The position numbers and the translations under genes were made by a program. This document shows positions 15,160 to 23,331 of a DNA stretch of 32,000 nucleotides, in pieces. Within the stretch, counting starts at the first letter, position 1. Each line of letters starts with the position of its first letter. Location of the stretch: the NCBI GenBank assembly GCA_018268465.1, contig JAFDWN010000003.1, positions 43,653 to 75,652 on the forward strand, given 5' to 3'. Below the pieces are notes generated by a model that searched no databases, had not been told where the DNA came from, and worked only from the letters and a program-made list of their open reading frames with translations. Source of the DNA: Actinomycetota bacterium. Its GTDB lineage: Bacteria; Actinomycetota; Actinomycetes; Mycobacteriales; Mycobacteriaceae.

Positions 15160-15405
15160 ATGAACAGGCAGCAGGCTAGCTCCGTGGAAACTGGTCAGCG
15201 CGTCAGCTGGAAATGCGGACGGCTACGCCGATTCGGTCGTGTTCTCGACCAATCGCTTCACCCTGAAGCCGCCGCGGCGAACTGCATTGCCGTGAGCCAC
15301 AACAATCACGACGTCTCCTGGATAGAGCCGCGGAAGCTAAAGCTGGAAGACGAACCACCATCGCGAGAGGCAACGAAGGTCACCCTTCACGTCGTTAGAA
15401 GTTGA
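15160..15405 (+). CDS. hypothetical protein (81 aa)
   Basis: ATG is preceded by GGGGAG. Follows the previous gene by 13 nt. Confidence 0.5.
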   Translation: MNRQQASSVETGQRVSWKCGRLRRFGRVLDQSLHPEAAAANCIAVSHNNHDVSWIEPRKLKLEDEPPSREATKVTLHVVRS

Positions 15406-15434
15406 GAGCGCACTAAACCTGCGAGGTTCCGAAA

Positions 15435-15647
15435 ATGGCAGAGCGCCTGGTCTATACGGGTATCAAGAAGTCGGGCACTGCCGGCAGTGGCGCCGTGGAG
15501 GATGCGACACCAGCCGCCCTCGCCGAACGTCTCTATGCCCTGGGATGGCGCAAAGCCACGATCAGGACCAGCGAGGGCGTACTCGTCGGCGAAATCACTC
15601 GGCGTCTCGACGCGCCGAGGTGCCGCACCTGGTGGGCCGAGAGATAA
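15435..15647 (+). CDS. hypothetical protein (70 aa)
   Basis: ATG-initiated ORF in the same co-directional block, with plausible composition. Confidence 0.5.
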   Translation: MAERLVYTGIKKSGTAGSGAVEDATPAALAERLYALGWRKATIRTSEGVLVGEITRRLDAPRCRTWWAER

Positions 15648-15671
15648 CCCCGGCGCGATGCAAAGGAGATC

Positions 15672-15887
15672 ATGATGACCATCTCGAAGGCCGGCTGGTG
15701 CCAGCGTTGCGGGCAGCCATACACGGCCCCGTCTCGACCCACCTGCGAATGCGCCGGCGACAGACCGGTGCGCTATGACGGCAGTCCTGAGCCGAACTTC
15801 CGCCCAGATATGCGGGCGTATCTGGATCGGGTTCGATTTCTGCGCTATGTGCCGAACGCAGCCGAACTGGCACGGCTTGTTCGCTGA
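15672..15887 (+). CDS. small zinc-ribbon-like protein (71 aa)
   Basis: Strong SD (AAAGGAG) before the ATG. Contains WCQRCGQPYTAPSRPTCEC (CxxC...CxC). Confidence 0.6.
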   Translation: MMTISKAGWCQRCGQPYTAPSRPTCECAGDRPVRYDGSPEPNFRPDMRAYLDRVRFLRYVPNAAELARLVR

Positions 15888-15913
15888 ACATAATTGCGGT
15901 ACAGGAAGGTTCG

Positions 15914-16525
15914 ATGACGACGCGGGCGAGACAGTACGATCTTTTCGGCGAGATTGAAGCAGCTGAAGTCGCGCGCGCCCGCGCCGCGCGCGACGCGTCC
16001 TCAGCAGCCGTTCGTTTCCTCACCGAGACACCGTGGCCGGGCCTGATCGGCTGGTGGCTGCACTCGGATGTGATCGAGCGCAAACTTGATCACGGTGAGG
16101 CGAAGGCGAGCTTCCGGCGCGGGCCGGCCGGCAAGCCCGGTTGGGCGTGGGCGATCTGGCGTGACGGGCTGCGTTTCGAAGCCGGCGACACCTGGCAGGG
16201 TTGGGATCAGCGGCCATGCTGGTGCATCCCATGGCCAGAGCTGCATCGAGTCCGCGACTCGCACCCCGAGGTAACCGCACAGTTGCACCAGCTCGCTGAC
16301 GGACGCGGACACCCCGACTCGATCGGATGGCGCTGGTGGATAGACCCGTTCGTACTTCACCCGGACGGCTGGCATTCGAGCTACCTGGAGTGCGAGCAGC
16401 AAGCGGACTGGTATGACGGCTGCGCGCGCCCTGAGACCGCATACAGCGACCGGCTCGAAGCGTGGCGACTTGCGCTCGGTGTCATCGAGTCGGCCCCCCT
16501 CGTGATCGAACAGCGGAGCTGCTGA
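15914..16525 (+). CDS. Trp-rich hypothetical protein (203 aa)
   Basis: ATG is preceded by AGGAAGG. The sequence is unusually Trp-rich (ETPWPGLIGWWLH, GKPGWAWAIWRDG, DTWQGWDQRPCWCIPWPE, IGWRWWIDP). Confidence 0.6.
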   Translation: MTTRARQYDLFGEIEAAEVARARAARDASSAAVRFLTETPWPGLIGWWLHSDVIERKLDHGEAKASFRRGPAGKPGWAWAIWRDGLRFEAGDTWQGWDQRPCWCIPWPELHRVRDSHPEVTAQLHQLADGRGHPDSIGWRWWIDPFVLHPDGWHSSYLECEQQADWYDGCARPETAYSDRLEAWRLALGVIESAPLVIEQRSC

Positions 16526-16555
16526 CGACGGCCGGGTGTACCCATTGTCCGCTGC

Positions 16556-16969
16556 CTAGTAAGGTGCGCGCTTCGTGAATGTTGTACCCGTGGCGCAGAA
16601 TTCCGCGTTATGAGCTACCGCGGCCGCGCCGCGGAGTACCAGGCAGACGGCGACGCCGAACAAGCCCAGCAGTGCGAGGAGTTCGCACGGCGTTGCGACG
16701 CGCTCGCGGCGATGTGTCCCTGTACCGGCTGCTGAAAACCACCTCCGATGAGCGGGTGGGCGGGCTTGATCGTTGCTGGTGCGGCCGGCGATTGAGCGGA
16801 AATCGTGATGGTTGCCCTGGTAGCGTTGATCGCGGGTTGTCGCGGGTGCGGCCCAGATCCCCTCGATCGAGTGGAAGCGCCTGCGACAACCCCCCACCTG
16901 GGCGCCGGTAGCCGCGGCGATGGCCGGGTTGGGCGAAATCGTCGCATCCGGCGCGGCGCGTGATGTCAT
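16556..16969 (-). CDS. questionable hypothetical protein (137 aa) with C-terminal hydrophobic segment
   Basis: Internal ATG (MTSRAAPDA...). The C-terminus carries CELLALLGLFGVAVCLVL. Third-position GC is only moderate, and several other ORFs overlap in other frames. Confidence 0.3.
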   Translation of the reverse strand: MTSRAAPDATISPNPAIAAATGAQVGGCRRRFHSIEGIWAAPATTRDQRYQGNHHDFRSIAGRTSNDQARPPAHRRWFSAAGTGTHRRERVATPCELLALLGLFGVAVCLVLRGAAAVAHNAEFCATGTTFTKRAPY

Positions 16970-16993
16970 GATCGGCGGCGTGCACGCAGAAGC

Positions 16994-18013
16994 TTGGCCA
17001 ACCGACCGTCCGGTACAAGACGACCTTCGACCGACGTGATCGAGCTGGCTCGCTACGGATCGGATGTCGGCTCGGTTTTCAGTCTGCTCGGTCGCAAAGA
17101 GAACGACCTGACCGCCGCGCTCGGGTTCGTGTTCGGGCGCTGCCCGGCCCTGCTGGCGGCGGCGCTGCAGCGTGTGCTGCCAGCCGGAGCTGCACCGGAT
17201 ATCGAGGACGTTGCTTTGGGCCTGGAGGTCCGAGACGACGACGGCCGCACCGACCTGGAAGTGCGGCTGCCAGAGAGGCTCATCATCTTCGAAGCCAAGG
17301 CTGGGTGGCTGTTGCCGACCGAGCGGCAGTTGCGCAAGTACGCACAACGTGTCGCCGAGCAAGCCAATGGTGGTGTCCTGGTGAGCCTTTCGCAAGCATC
17401 GCACGATCTCGCGAAGGCCAACCTGGCCGCCAGCGTGGACGGTGTGCCGGTGGTGCATTTGCCGTGGCGTGACGTTCTAGCCGATATCGCCGCGGTGCGG
17501 CGCTCGTGCCGAGGCCATGAACGACTCTGGCTGGATGAACTGCAGACGTACCTGAAAGGTGTGATGAGAGTGCGGCCGGTTTCGGACAGTATGACCTACT
17601 GCGTCGTGGTCAATCACGCCCGTCCCGGCGGTGGCGGCGAACGAACGTTCCGGCAGTACGTCACCGATGCGATGTGCTACTTCCATCCGTACGGGGTAGG
17701 TGGTTGGCCGACGGACCCACCCCGGTTCATGGCGTTCCGGTGGGACGGGGCGGTCCAGCGCATCCATCGCGTGATCCACGCTGAGGTTCTCCCCTCACTG
17801 CAGGATCGGTGGCCCGATGTCCCCGCCGATCCAGTCACCGTCGGCCCCCATGCGATCTACGATCTCGGCCCACGGCTACCGCCACTGACGCCGGTACCGA
17901 GCGGCCGGCAGTACCGGGCGTCGCGGCTATGGGTGCTGCTCGACCAGCTACAGACGGCGACAACGCTCGCTGAGGCACTGGAAGGTACGCGGCTGTTGCG
18001 CGGCGGCGGATAG
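16994..18013 (+). CDS. PD-(D/E)XK-like nuclease-fold protein (339 aa)
   Basis: GRTDLEVRLPERLIIFEAKAGW fits a D...ExK catalytic core. It is preceded by ENDLTAALGFVF, typical of the N-terminal helix of such nucleases. TTG start is uncertain. Confidence 0.55.
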   Translation: MANRPSGTRRPSTDVIELARYGSDVGSVFSLLGRKENDLTAALGFVFGRCPALLAAALQRVLPAGAAPDIEDVALGLEVRDDDGRTDLEVRLPERLIIFEAKAGWLLPTERQLRKYAQRVAEQANGGVLVSLSQASHDLAKANLAASVDGVPVVHLPWRDVLADIAAVRRSCRGHERLWLDELQTYLKGVMRVRPVSDSMTYCVVVNHARPGGGGERTFRQYVTDAMCYFHPYGVGGWPTDPPRFMAFRWDGAVQRIHRVIHAEVLPSLQDRWPDVPADPVTVGPHAIYDLGPRLPPLTPVPSGRQYRASRLWVLLDQLQTATTLAEALEGTRLLRGGG

Positions 18014-18077
18014 ACGCCACCCGGCCCCCGGGAAGTCCTCTTGAGACCCCACGGGCCGGGAACCGACGATCAAGGCT

Positions 18078-18797
18078 ATGAACCTGTCCTTCTTTCGCCG
18101 GAAGCGTCAGCCACTACCGGCACCGTCGCAGCCACGAGCGATCAGCGTGGCGCGCCAGCGAGACGGCGTCTACGCGCTGCCCGAGGCCGACTTCGCACGG
18201 GAGGCAGCGGGGCCATCCGACATCAGCATGCCGATCGCCGTCACAGAGTTGGGTGACGAAATCGTGTGGCGACCTGAAGCCGACCTGTGGCCGCACCTGC
18301 ACCTTGACGGCCCTATTGGGAGCGGCAAGACGATCACGGCCCAGAACATCGCGGTGGCTGCCGCCCGTGCGCGTTGGCGGGTTCACATCCTGCGGCAGTT
18401 CGACCGCGAATATGGCGAGTTTCTCGGTTGGCCCAATGTCGAGGTGGCGACGACGCCGACCGAGCACAGTGCACTGCTGCAGCGAAGCGTCGACCTGATG
18501 TATCCCATTCCGGCGGCGCCGCTTCTGGTGGTCATCGACACGATCAAGGGGATCGTCGACGGGATCGGAGACAGCTGCCGAGGCCCGCTCCGAAGGATTG
18601 CCTTGGATGGCCGGGTCCACCAGGCCCACCTAGTCCTCATCGCGGACCCCACCGCGTCTGACCCAGTGCCCGAGGTAACTGAGCTGCTGTGCCCGCTGAC
18701 CGTGATACCGCCGCCCCTGGCGTCCTCTCGTCGTCCGCGGGGCGACCTGATGCGGTGGCGACCTGGGCAGTACTCCGCGGGGCCGCTGCCGCGGTAG
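18078..18797 (+). CDS. small FtsK/SpoIIIE-like P-loop NTPase (239 aa)
   Basis: Walker A is HLHLDGPIGSGKT and Walker B is PLLVVIDTIKG, resembling FtsK/TraB-type translocases. It is much shorter than full-length family members. Confidence 0.55.
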   Translation: MNLSFFRRKRQPLPAPSQPRAISVARQRDGVYALPEADFAREAAGPSDISMPIAVTELGDEIVWRPEADLWPHLHLDGPIGSGKTITAQNIAVAAARARWRVHILRQFDREYGEFLGWPNVEVATTPTEHSALLQRSVDLMYPIPAAPLLVVIDTIKGIVDGIGDSCRGPLRRIALDGRVHQAHLVLIADPTASDPVPEVTELLCPLTVIPPPLASSRRPRGDLMRWRPGQYSAGPLPR

Positions 18798-19127
18798 TTG
18801 CCCGGCGTATTGGTCCTGTTGAAAACAGGTCTGGCGGGTTCAACGATCGAGAACATGGACCTGGCTGCGAACGCTGTCGACATCGTCGACCTGGACCAGC
18901 CGGCCGCCGCCCAAGAGGCCACCGAGTGCGCCTGTGGCATGCGGCGGACGGTCTTGCGGTCGTGGGAGCTTTCGCCCGCGCCTGGGCGTGCTTCGGCGCG
19001 GCTGCGCGAAGCGCACCGTGCGGAATACGACCAATACCTTGACCAGGAGCGTGCTTCGGCGCTGGCTGTGTTCGATGCGAAGTGGAGTGCGCATCTGGCT
19101 GGCGACCACGGAGGTCGTCATGGCTGA
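18798..19127 (+). CDS. hypothetical protein, intact paralog of the 8071-8419 locus
   Basis: ...STIENMDLAANAVDIVDLDQPAAAQEATECACGMRRTVLRSWEL...RLREAHRAEYDQYLDQERASALAVFDAKWSAHLA. The start may instead be ATG 18855. Confidence 0.6.
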   Translation: MPGVLVLLKTGLAGSTIENMDLAANAVDIVDLDQPAAAQEATECACGMRRTVLRSWELSPAPGRASARLREAHRAEYDQYLDQERASALAVFDAKWSAHLAGDHGGRHG

Positions 19128-19566
19128 GGTCGGGCAGGGGGAGCTGGACCTGTGGCCGCGCACGCATGATCTGCCGCCGAGGTGGGACGGACTGCCAGTG
19201 CAGTGGGGAGCCTGGTCGAGCACGGGCGAGGTGATCACGTGCCCGCCGCGGCGGAGCCGGCCCGAGTCGTGCGATCACTGCGGGTCCACGGACCCGCGGA
19301 TGATCAGCGTCGGACGGATCTGGACGGATCCAGACACGGCGCCGCCGGCGATCGGTCGGGCGCGGCTGCGCAGGGGACGTCATCCAGTAGGGGTGCTGTC
19401 GGCGTTCCGGTGTCCGGGCTGCGGGCACGACAGTGTGCTGGACCCGAATGGGCAGCTGTGGGACTTGGACGCCACGGATTACACCGATGACGGGTCGTGG
19501 AATGTAAACACCTGTGCCGCGGATCATCCGGGCGGGGAACGACGGAGCCACGGTCATGGCCGATGA
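19120..19566 (+). CDS. zinc-ribbon-like hypothetical protein (148 aa)
   Basis: GGAGG lies 5 nt before the ATG, which overlaps the upstream stop by 8 nt. Contains CDHCG...CPGCG. Confidence 0.6.
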   Translation: MAEVGQGELDLWPRTHDLPPRWDGLPVQWGAWSSTGEVITCPPRRSRPESCDHCGSTDPRMISVGRIWTDPDTAPPAIGRARLRRGRHPVGVLSAFRCPGCGHDSVLDPNGQLWDLDATDYTDDGSWNVNTCAADHPGGERRSHGHGR

Positions 19567-20044
19567 GTCGACTCGGCTGCCGGCATCGGAAAGTCGACCC
19601 GAGTCAGGAGTCAGGAAGGACGGCTTGATGGGAATCCATGTGCATGCGCCGGATGGCGGAACCATCCCCGGAGCGCTCTGCGAGCAGGACGGCGACCTCA
19701 CAACGGTTCGCCGGGATGTCACTTGTCCCGAGTGTGACGAGATCCTCGACGCCGACTACACCACTAGCGACTGGCCAGCGCTGATCCGCGGGTTCGCCGA
19801 GCAGCTCCGCGCACAGCAGCAGCTGTGGATGCGTGCGCGATCGCCTCGACGGGCCGCTGCTGCGTCGCGGCCGCGAATCAGGAACGGTAAGGCCCCCGGC
19901 CGAGTGGACGCACACAGCGATGAGGCGACATCGGGTGTGACGCGGAATCCTGCCAATGCATGCCGTGAGGTCATCACTCGACTCCGAAGTCACGATGACG
20001 GAAGTCAACGAACAGCGGTGACGAACAGGGACTTTCAGCGATGA
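19556..20044 (+). CDS. hypothetical protein (162 aa)
   Basis: ATG (MADESTRLPA...) overlaps the upstream stop. Contains a CPEC motif. Its stop overlaps the next start as ATGA. Confidence 0.55.
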   Translation: MADESTRLPASESRPESGVRKDGLMGIHVHAPDGGTIPGALCEQDGDLTTVRRDVTCPECDEILDADYTTSDWPALIRGFAEQLRAQQQLWMRARSPRRAAAASRPRIRNGKAPGRVDAHSDEATSGVTRNPANACREVITRLRSHDDGSQRTAVTNRDFQR

Positions 20045-20718
20045 GTGCATCCAAGATCGAGTGGACGGAGGCCACGTGGAACCCGACAACTGGTTGCGAC
20101 CGAATTTCACCTGGGTGCAATCGCTGCTACGCGATGACAATGGCCCGTCGACTCAAGGCGATGGGGTCGGAGAAGTACCAGAATGACGGAGATCCGCGCA
20201 CGAGCGGTCCCGGCTTCGCAGTGACGATGCATCAAGAGTCGGTGCTGGACCCGATCGTGAAGTGGCCCCGCAAGAGTCAAATGGTGTTCTTGGACAGCAT
20301 GTCCGACGTCTTCCATGCGCGCGTCGCCGCTGACTTTCAAGGTCAGATCTTCGCGACCATGGCACTCACGCCCCAGCACAGCTACCAGGTACTAACAAAA
20401 CGACCGGGTCGGATGCGGGAGCTGCTGGCGGACGGAGACCAATGCCAAGGCAACGGTATTGCGTTCTTGCATAAGCAAAACGGCGAATGGGCAACGACCA
20501 GACGGTACGGTGTCGGGATTCTCGACGGACCGCGGATCTACGGCTCGGCAACACAGGACGCCCCGCATGGACTCGTGTTACACGAGATCCTCCAGCGTGT
20601 CGGCAAGAAGGCGGCTGGCCGTGAGCTGGATGGCCGAACGTGGGACGAGTTCCCGATTCCAGTAGGGCGGGACAAGCGTGTTCGCAGTTCGTATTCGTCA
20701 GCCCAGCAGGAGGATTGA
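20041..20718 (+). CDS. DUF5131 (phage Gp37/Gp68 family) protein, apparently internally deleted
   Basis: N-terminus MSASKIEWTEATWNPTTGCDRISPGCNRCYA and FLDSMSDVFH...YQVLTKRPGRM match the family. After LTKRP...ELLA the sequence jumps straight to DQCQGNGIAFLHKQNGEW, which is the C-terminal family motif. Confidence 0.7.
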   Translation: MSASKIEWTEATWNPTTGCDRISPGCNRCYAMTMARRLKAMGSEKYQNDGDPRTSGPGFAVTMHQESVLDPIVKWPRKSQMVFLDSMSDVFHARVAADFQGQIFATMALTPQHSYQVLTKRPGRMRELLADGDQCQGNGIAFLHKQNGEWATTRRYGVGILDGPRIYGSATQDAPHGLVLHEILQRVGKKAAGRELDGRTWDEFPIPVGRDKRVRSSYSSAQQED

Positions 20719-20725
20719 GAGGAAC

Positions 20726-21073
20726 ATGACCGGCTTCCTGGAGCGGCCGAAAGGCACATTAGAGGACGCGATCGCGGCGCATGATTTCGATGCAGTAGCG
20801 CACTGGACCCGATATCTCGATCAATGCAACCACATCCATATGGGCTCGCTGCTCAGCGTGTGCCGGGTCGTCGAAGAAATCGGCTATGTGCTGTCGGGAA
20901 CCCGATACGAGGAGACTGAAAGCGTATGGAACGTGGCTGCGCGGATCGCCCGTGAGCGCGGCTCCGGCGCCCTGGTCGACGAGGTGCAGGCCGGATACGA
21001 GACCGAAATACGCCAAGCTGAAGCCAATTTCGCCAGTGCTGCCGTCCTGCCGGAAGGCGCTGCCCGTGACTGA
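20726..21073 (+). CDS. hypothetical protein (115 aa)
   Basis: ATG is preceded by GAGAGGAAC. The sequence MTGFLERPKGTLEDAIAAHDFDAVAHWTRYLDQ... is protein-like. Confidence 0.6.
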   Translation: MTGFLERPKGTLEDAIAAHDFDAVAHWTRYLDQCNHIHMGSLLSVCRVVEEIGYVLSGTRYEETESVWNVAARIARERGSGALVDEVQAGYETEIRQAEANFASAAVLPEGAARD

Positions 21074-21269
21074 TCTCGTCGGTGTCGTGAGCGGCCATCC
21101 CAGCGCTGTGCTGGCCGGTGCCGCTGCCGGGCTGGCCGTCGCCACGGTGCTGAGAATCATTCGTCGCGTACGGCGGCTGCTGGTGAGCGCCGCGTTGCTC
21201 GCCCTGGCCGGTGGCGCCGGCGCTGGCGGGACGTCTGAGCTCGTGCACACCGTTGCTGGGTGGCGGTGA
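21066..21269 (+). CDS. small membrane protein (67 aa)
   Basis: GTG start overlaps the upstream stop by 8 nt (GTGACTGA). Two hydrophobic stretches (AVLAGAAAGLAVATVL; LLVSAALLALAGGAGAG) flank the basic segment RIIRRVRR. Confidence 0.5.
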   Translation: MTDLVGVVSGHPSAVLAGAAAGLAVATVLRIIRRVRRLLVSAALLALAGGAGAGGTSELVHTVAGWR

Positions 21270-21286
21270 CCTGCTGGTGGACAGCG

Positions 21287-21532
21287 ATGGATGAGCTGAG
21301 AACGTCCTACCGTGTTGTCGGCGAGGACAAGGTCGACGAGTTCGCGGCGCTGTGTTGCGCCTTGCGTGTACGGCCACATCAACTGGTCAGTCTGTTGGTG
21401 GCTGAAGGCATCGCGCGGCATCGCCGGGATCCGGCCACCGATGAATTGGTGCAGTTGGTGTGCGACGGCTGGCGTCAACATCGCCGGCAGCAAGAGATCA
21501 ATAAGCTGAACCAGCTGTTGGAGTCCAGCTGA
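21287..21532 (+). CDS. ribbon-helix-helix-like small protein (81 aa)
   Basis: GGTGGA precedes the ATG. TSYRVVGEDKVDEFAALCCALRVRPHQLVSLLVAEGIARH has a strand-helix-helix layout like CopG/antitoxin RHH domains. It lies 24 nt upstream of the Sir2 gene. Confidence 0.5.
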   Translation: MDELRTSYRVVGEDKVDEFAALCCALRVRPHQLVSLLVAEGIARHRRDPATDELVQLVCDGWRQHRRQQEINKLNQLLESS

Positions 21533-21556
21533 ATCGCAAGAGGCGGGAGAGCGGTC

Positions 21557-22228
21557 GTGACCGAGGTTGTGGTGTTGACCGGGGCTGGGATCAGCGCGGA
21601 GTCCGGACTCCCGACGTTCAGTGGCGCTGACGGTCTATGGGAGGGGCATCGCCGCGAGGACGTGGCGACCCCCGACGGTTTCGCTGCCGATCCGGTCACC
21701 GTGCAGCGGTTCTACAACCGGCTACGTCGCCGTCTCCACGAGGCTGAACCCAACGCCGCGCACCACGCGCTGACACGCCTGGAACAACACCTCGGGCCGC
21801 GCATGCATCTGGTCACACAGAACATCGACGATCTGCATCAACGTGCCGGCACTGTCGAGATCACCGCTATGCATGGTGAGTTGCGCAAGATCCGCCACGT
21901 GCACACCGGCCAGGTGCTGGAGTGGACTCACGACGTCGTCGAGACCGATACGCAGTGGCGGCCCCACGTAGTGTGGTTCGGGGAGCGCACGATCGGCTTG
22001 GACGGCATCGTGGAAAAGCTCGCTACCGCACGTGTTTTCGCGGCGATCGGCACGTCAGGCACGGTGTATCCGGCCAGCCAGTTCGCGGCGATTGCGAGGT
22101 CCGCCGGCGCCGAGACCTACGAGATCAATCAGGTCGCCACTGATGGCGGGTTGTTCGATCACCGCTGGATTGGCCCGGCGACTCGACGTGTTCCTGAGTT
22201 CGTCGAGCACCTCATTCAGGAGTTGTGA
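21557..22228 (+). CDS. Sir2-family (CobB-type) NAD-dependent enzyme lacking the zinc-binding cysteines
   Basis: GAGISAESGLPTFSGADGLW, FYNRLRRRL, TQNIDDLHQRAG, MHGEL, VVWFGE and IGTSGTVYPA are sirtuin landmarks. The segment where the CxxC...CxxC pairs normally sit reads RHVHTGQVLEWTHDVVETDTQWRP and has no Cys. Confidence 0.85.
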   Translation: MTEVVVLTGAGISAESGLPTFSGADGLWEGHRREDVATPDGFAADPVTVQRFYNRLRRRLHEAEPNAAHHALTRLEQHLGPRMHLVTQNIDDLHQRAGTVEITAMHGELRKIRHVHTGQVLEWTHDVVETDTQWRPHVVWFGERTIGLDGIVEKLATARVFAAIGTSGTVYPASQFAAIARSAGAETYEINQVATDGGLFDHRWIGPATRRVPEFVEHLIQEL

Positions 22229-22245
22229 ATATGCTGGCCTTGGTC

Positions 22246-22290
22246 GGCGGCAGCGTGAGTTGATCGGCGACAATCACACGAACTGCCGCC
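22246..22290 (+). terminator. candidate stem-loop downstream of the Sir2 gene
   Basis: GGCGGCAG (22246-22253) pairs with CTGCCGCC (22283-22290); the interior pairs only partly. No U-tract. Confidence 0.3.
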
Positions 22291-22589
22291 GCAGCTGGCT
22301 CGGCAGTGGCCGGGTGGATCCGGCACCGAGATCGCCGGGGAGACTTCCGCAGGCCTGACCCCCACGAGGCGTCGTGTGGTTATCGTCACCGCTGGTGTTT
22401 GTCGATCCACGCAGGCCGCCTCGGTCGAGCAGCATGCGGGCTCGGGTGACAGTGACGTAGGCGATGTCGTGCGCTTGGCGCTTGGGTCGCCGACAACACC
22501 GGGATCTGCACCGGCTGCCCGGCTGGCCTAACCGCGGTCATGACTACCGGCTGGGGAAGTGCGGAGAGCGCGTCGGACCCCGTGACGGA

Positions 22590-23198
22590 TCAACGGCCAG
22601 CGGGGCGGGCGGCCAGCGGCGTGGCCTTGGCCGTGAAGTCGCCGCTGAAGCCGCCAACATAGGCCACTTTGGCCGGGTCCATTGCCAAATCCTGGACGAG
22701 GGTGGGATCGGTGACGACAGCAACACCGACTCCGATGTTGGGCAGGTCCACCCTCATGGGCGGGGTGTCAGCGGGGAACGCGACGATCAGCTCGCGGGCG
22801 AGGTAGACCAGCCGGCCGCCGTCACGGCGCAACCAGCCCTGCGGCACCTGCGCCGGGTCGACGTCCTCGGGCAAGCTCATCCGCCACGGCGCTTCCAGGT
22901 TCGCGTACCAGTAGCGGAACTCCCCGGTGTTGTCCATCGCGATCGCCAACCGCGCCAATGCGGGCAGTTGGTCGGCCAACTCCGGAGGGCCGGAATGCAT
23001 GGTGTGCAGCGCAAGCATGGGCACATCAAGGAACGTAGCAAGATTCCCGGCGTTGTTCACCGGGACTGCCTGCGGCGGCTCCGGCTCGGCTGGCTGGTCC
23101 TCTGGAAGACGTCTATGCGTCCTTCTACGTTGAGAATCATGTTCACGCTCACCGCGGCCGGGCACCACCACCAAAGTCTGCTCGATACGTTCGCTCAC
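22590..23198 (-). CDS. hypothetical protein (202 aa)
   Basis: GTG start. The C-terminal two-thirds are clearly protein-like (FRYWYANLEAPWRMSLPEDVDPAQVPQGWLRRDGGRLVYLARELIVAFPAD...). The antisense 286-aa ORF is junk. Confidence 0.6.
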   Translation of the reverse strand: MSERIEQTLVVVPGRGEREHDSQRRRTHRRLPEDQPAEPEPPQAVPVNNAGNLATFLDVPMLALHTMHSGPPELADQLPALARLAIAMDNTGEFRYWYANLEAPWRMSLPEDVDPAQVPQGWLRRDGGRLVYLARELIVAFPADTPPMRVDLPNIGVGVAVVTDPTLVQDLAMDPAKVAYVGGFSGDFTAKATPLAARPAGR

Positions 23199-23331
23199 TC
23201 GGGTCCATCGTCGTCTCCGACGCCGTGCATGTTGCGCCGGTCCTCATCCCTGTCGGGGTCGGGGTGCTCGCCGCGGTGCTGGTGGTCGGATGCCTGCGCC
23301 GGCTGCGGCGTGGGTAGAACCTGAGGAGGGC

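Noticed and set aside
16526-16993. Region with four mutually overlapping ORFs (16579-16911 +, 16608-17018 -, 16615-16947 -, 16556-17458 -)
   Set aside because: None is convincing. The plus ORF is about 25 percent Arg, and codon-position GC is not decisive in my sampled stretch. Only the 137-aa minus version with a hydrophobic C-terminus is kept, at low confidence. The region may be decayed or non-coding.
17639-17650. Second SOS-box-like GAAC-GAAC-GTTC
   Set aside because: It lies inside the nuclease-like CDS, far from any start codon. The flanking bases do not match the TCGAAC/GTTCGA extension. It is likely chance.
22464-23324. 286-aa plus-strand ORF
   Set aside because: It is antisense to the better 202-aa minus-strand gene. 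The translation is R/G/H-rich and lacks protein-like segments.
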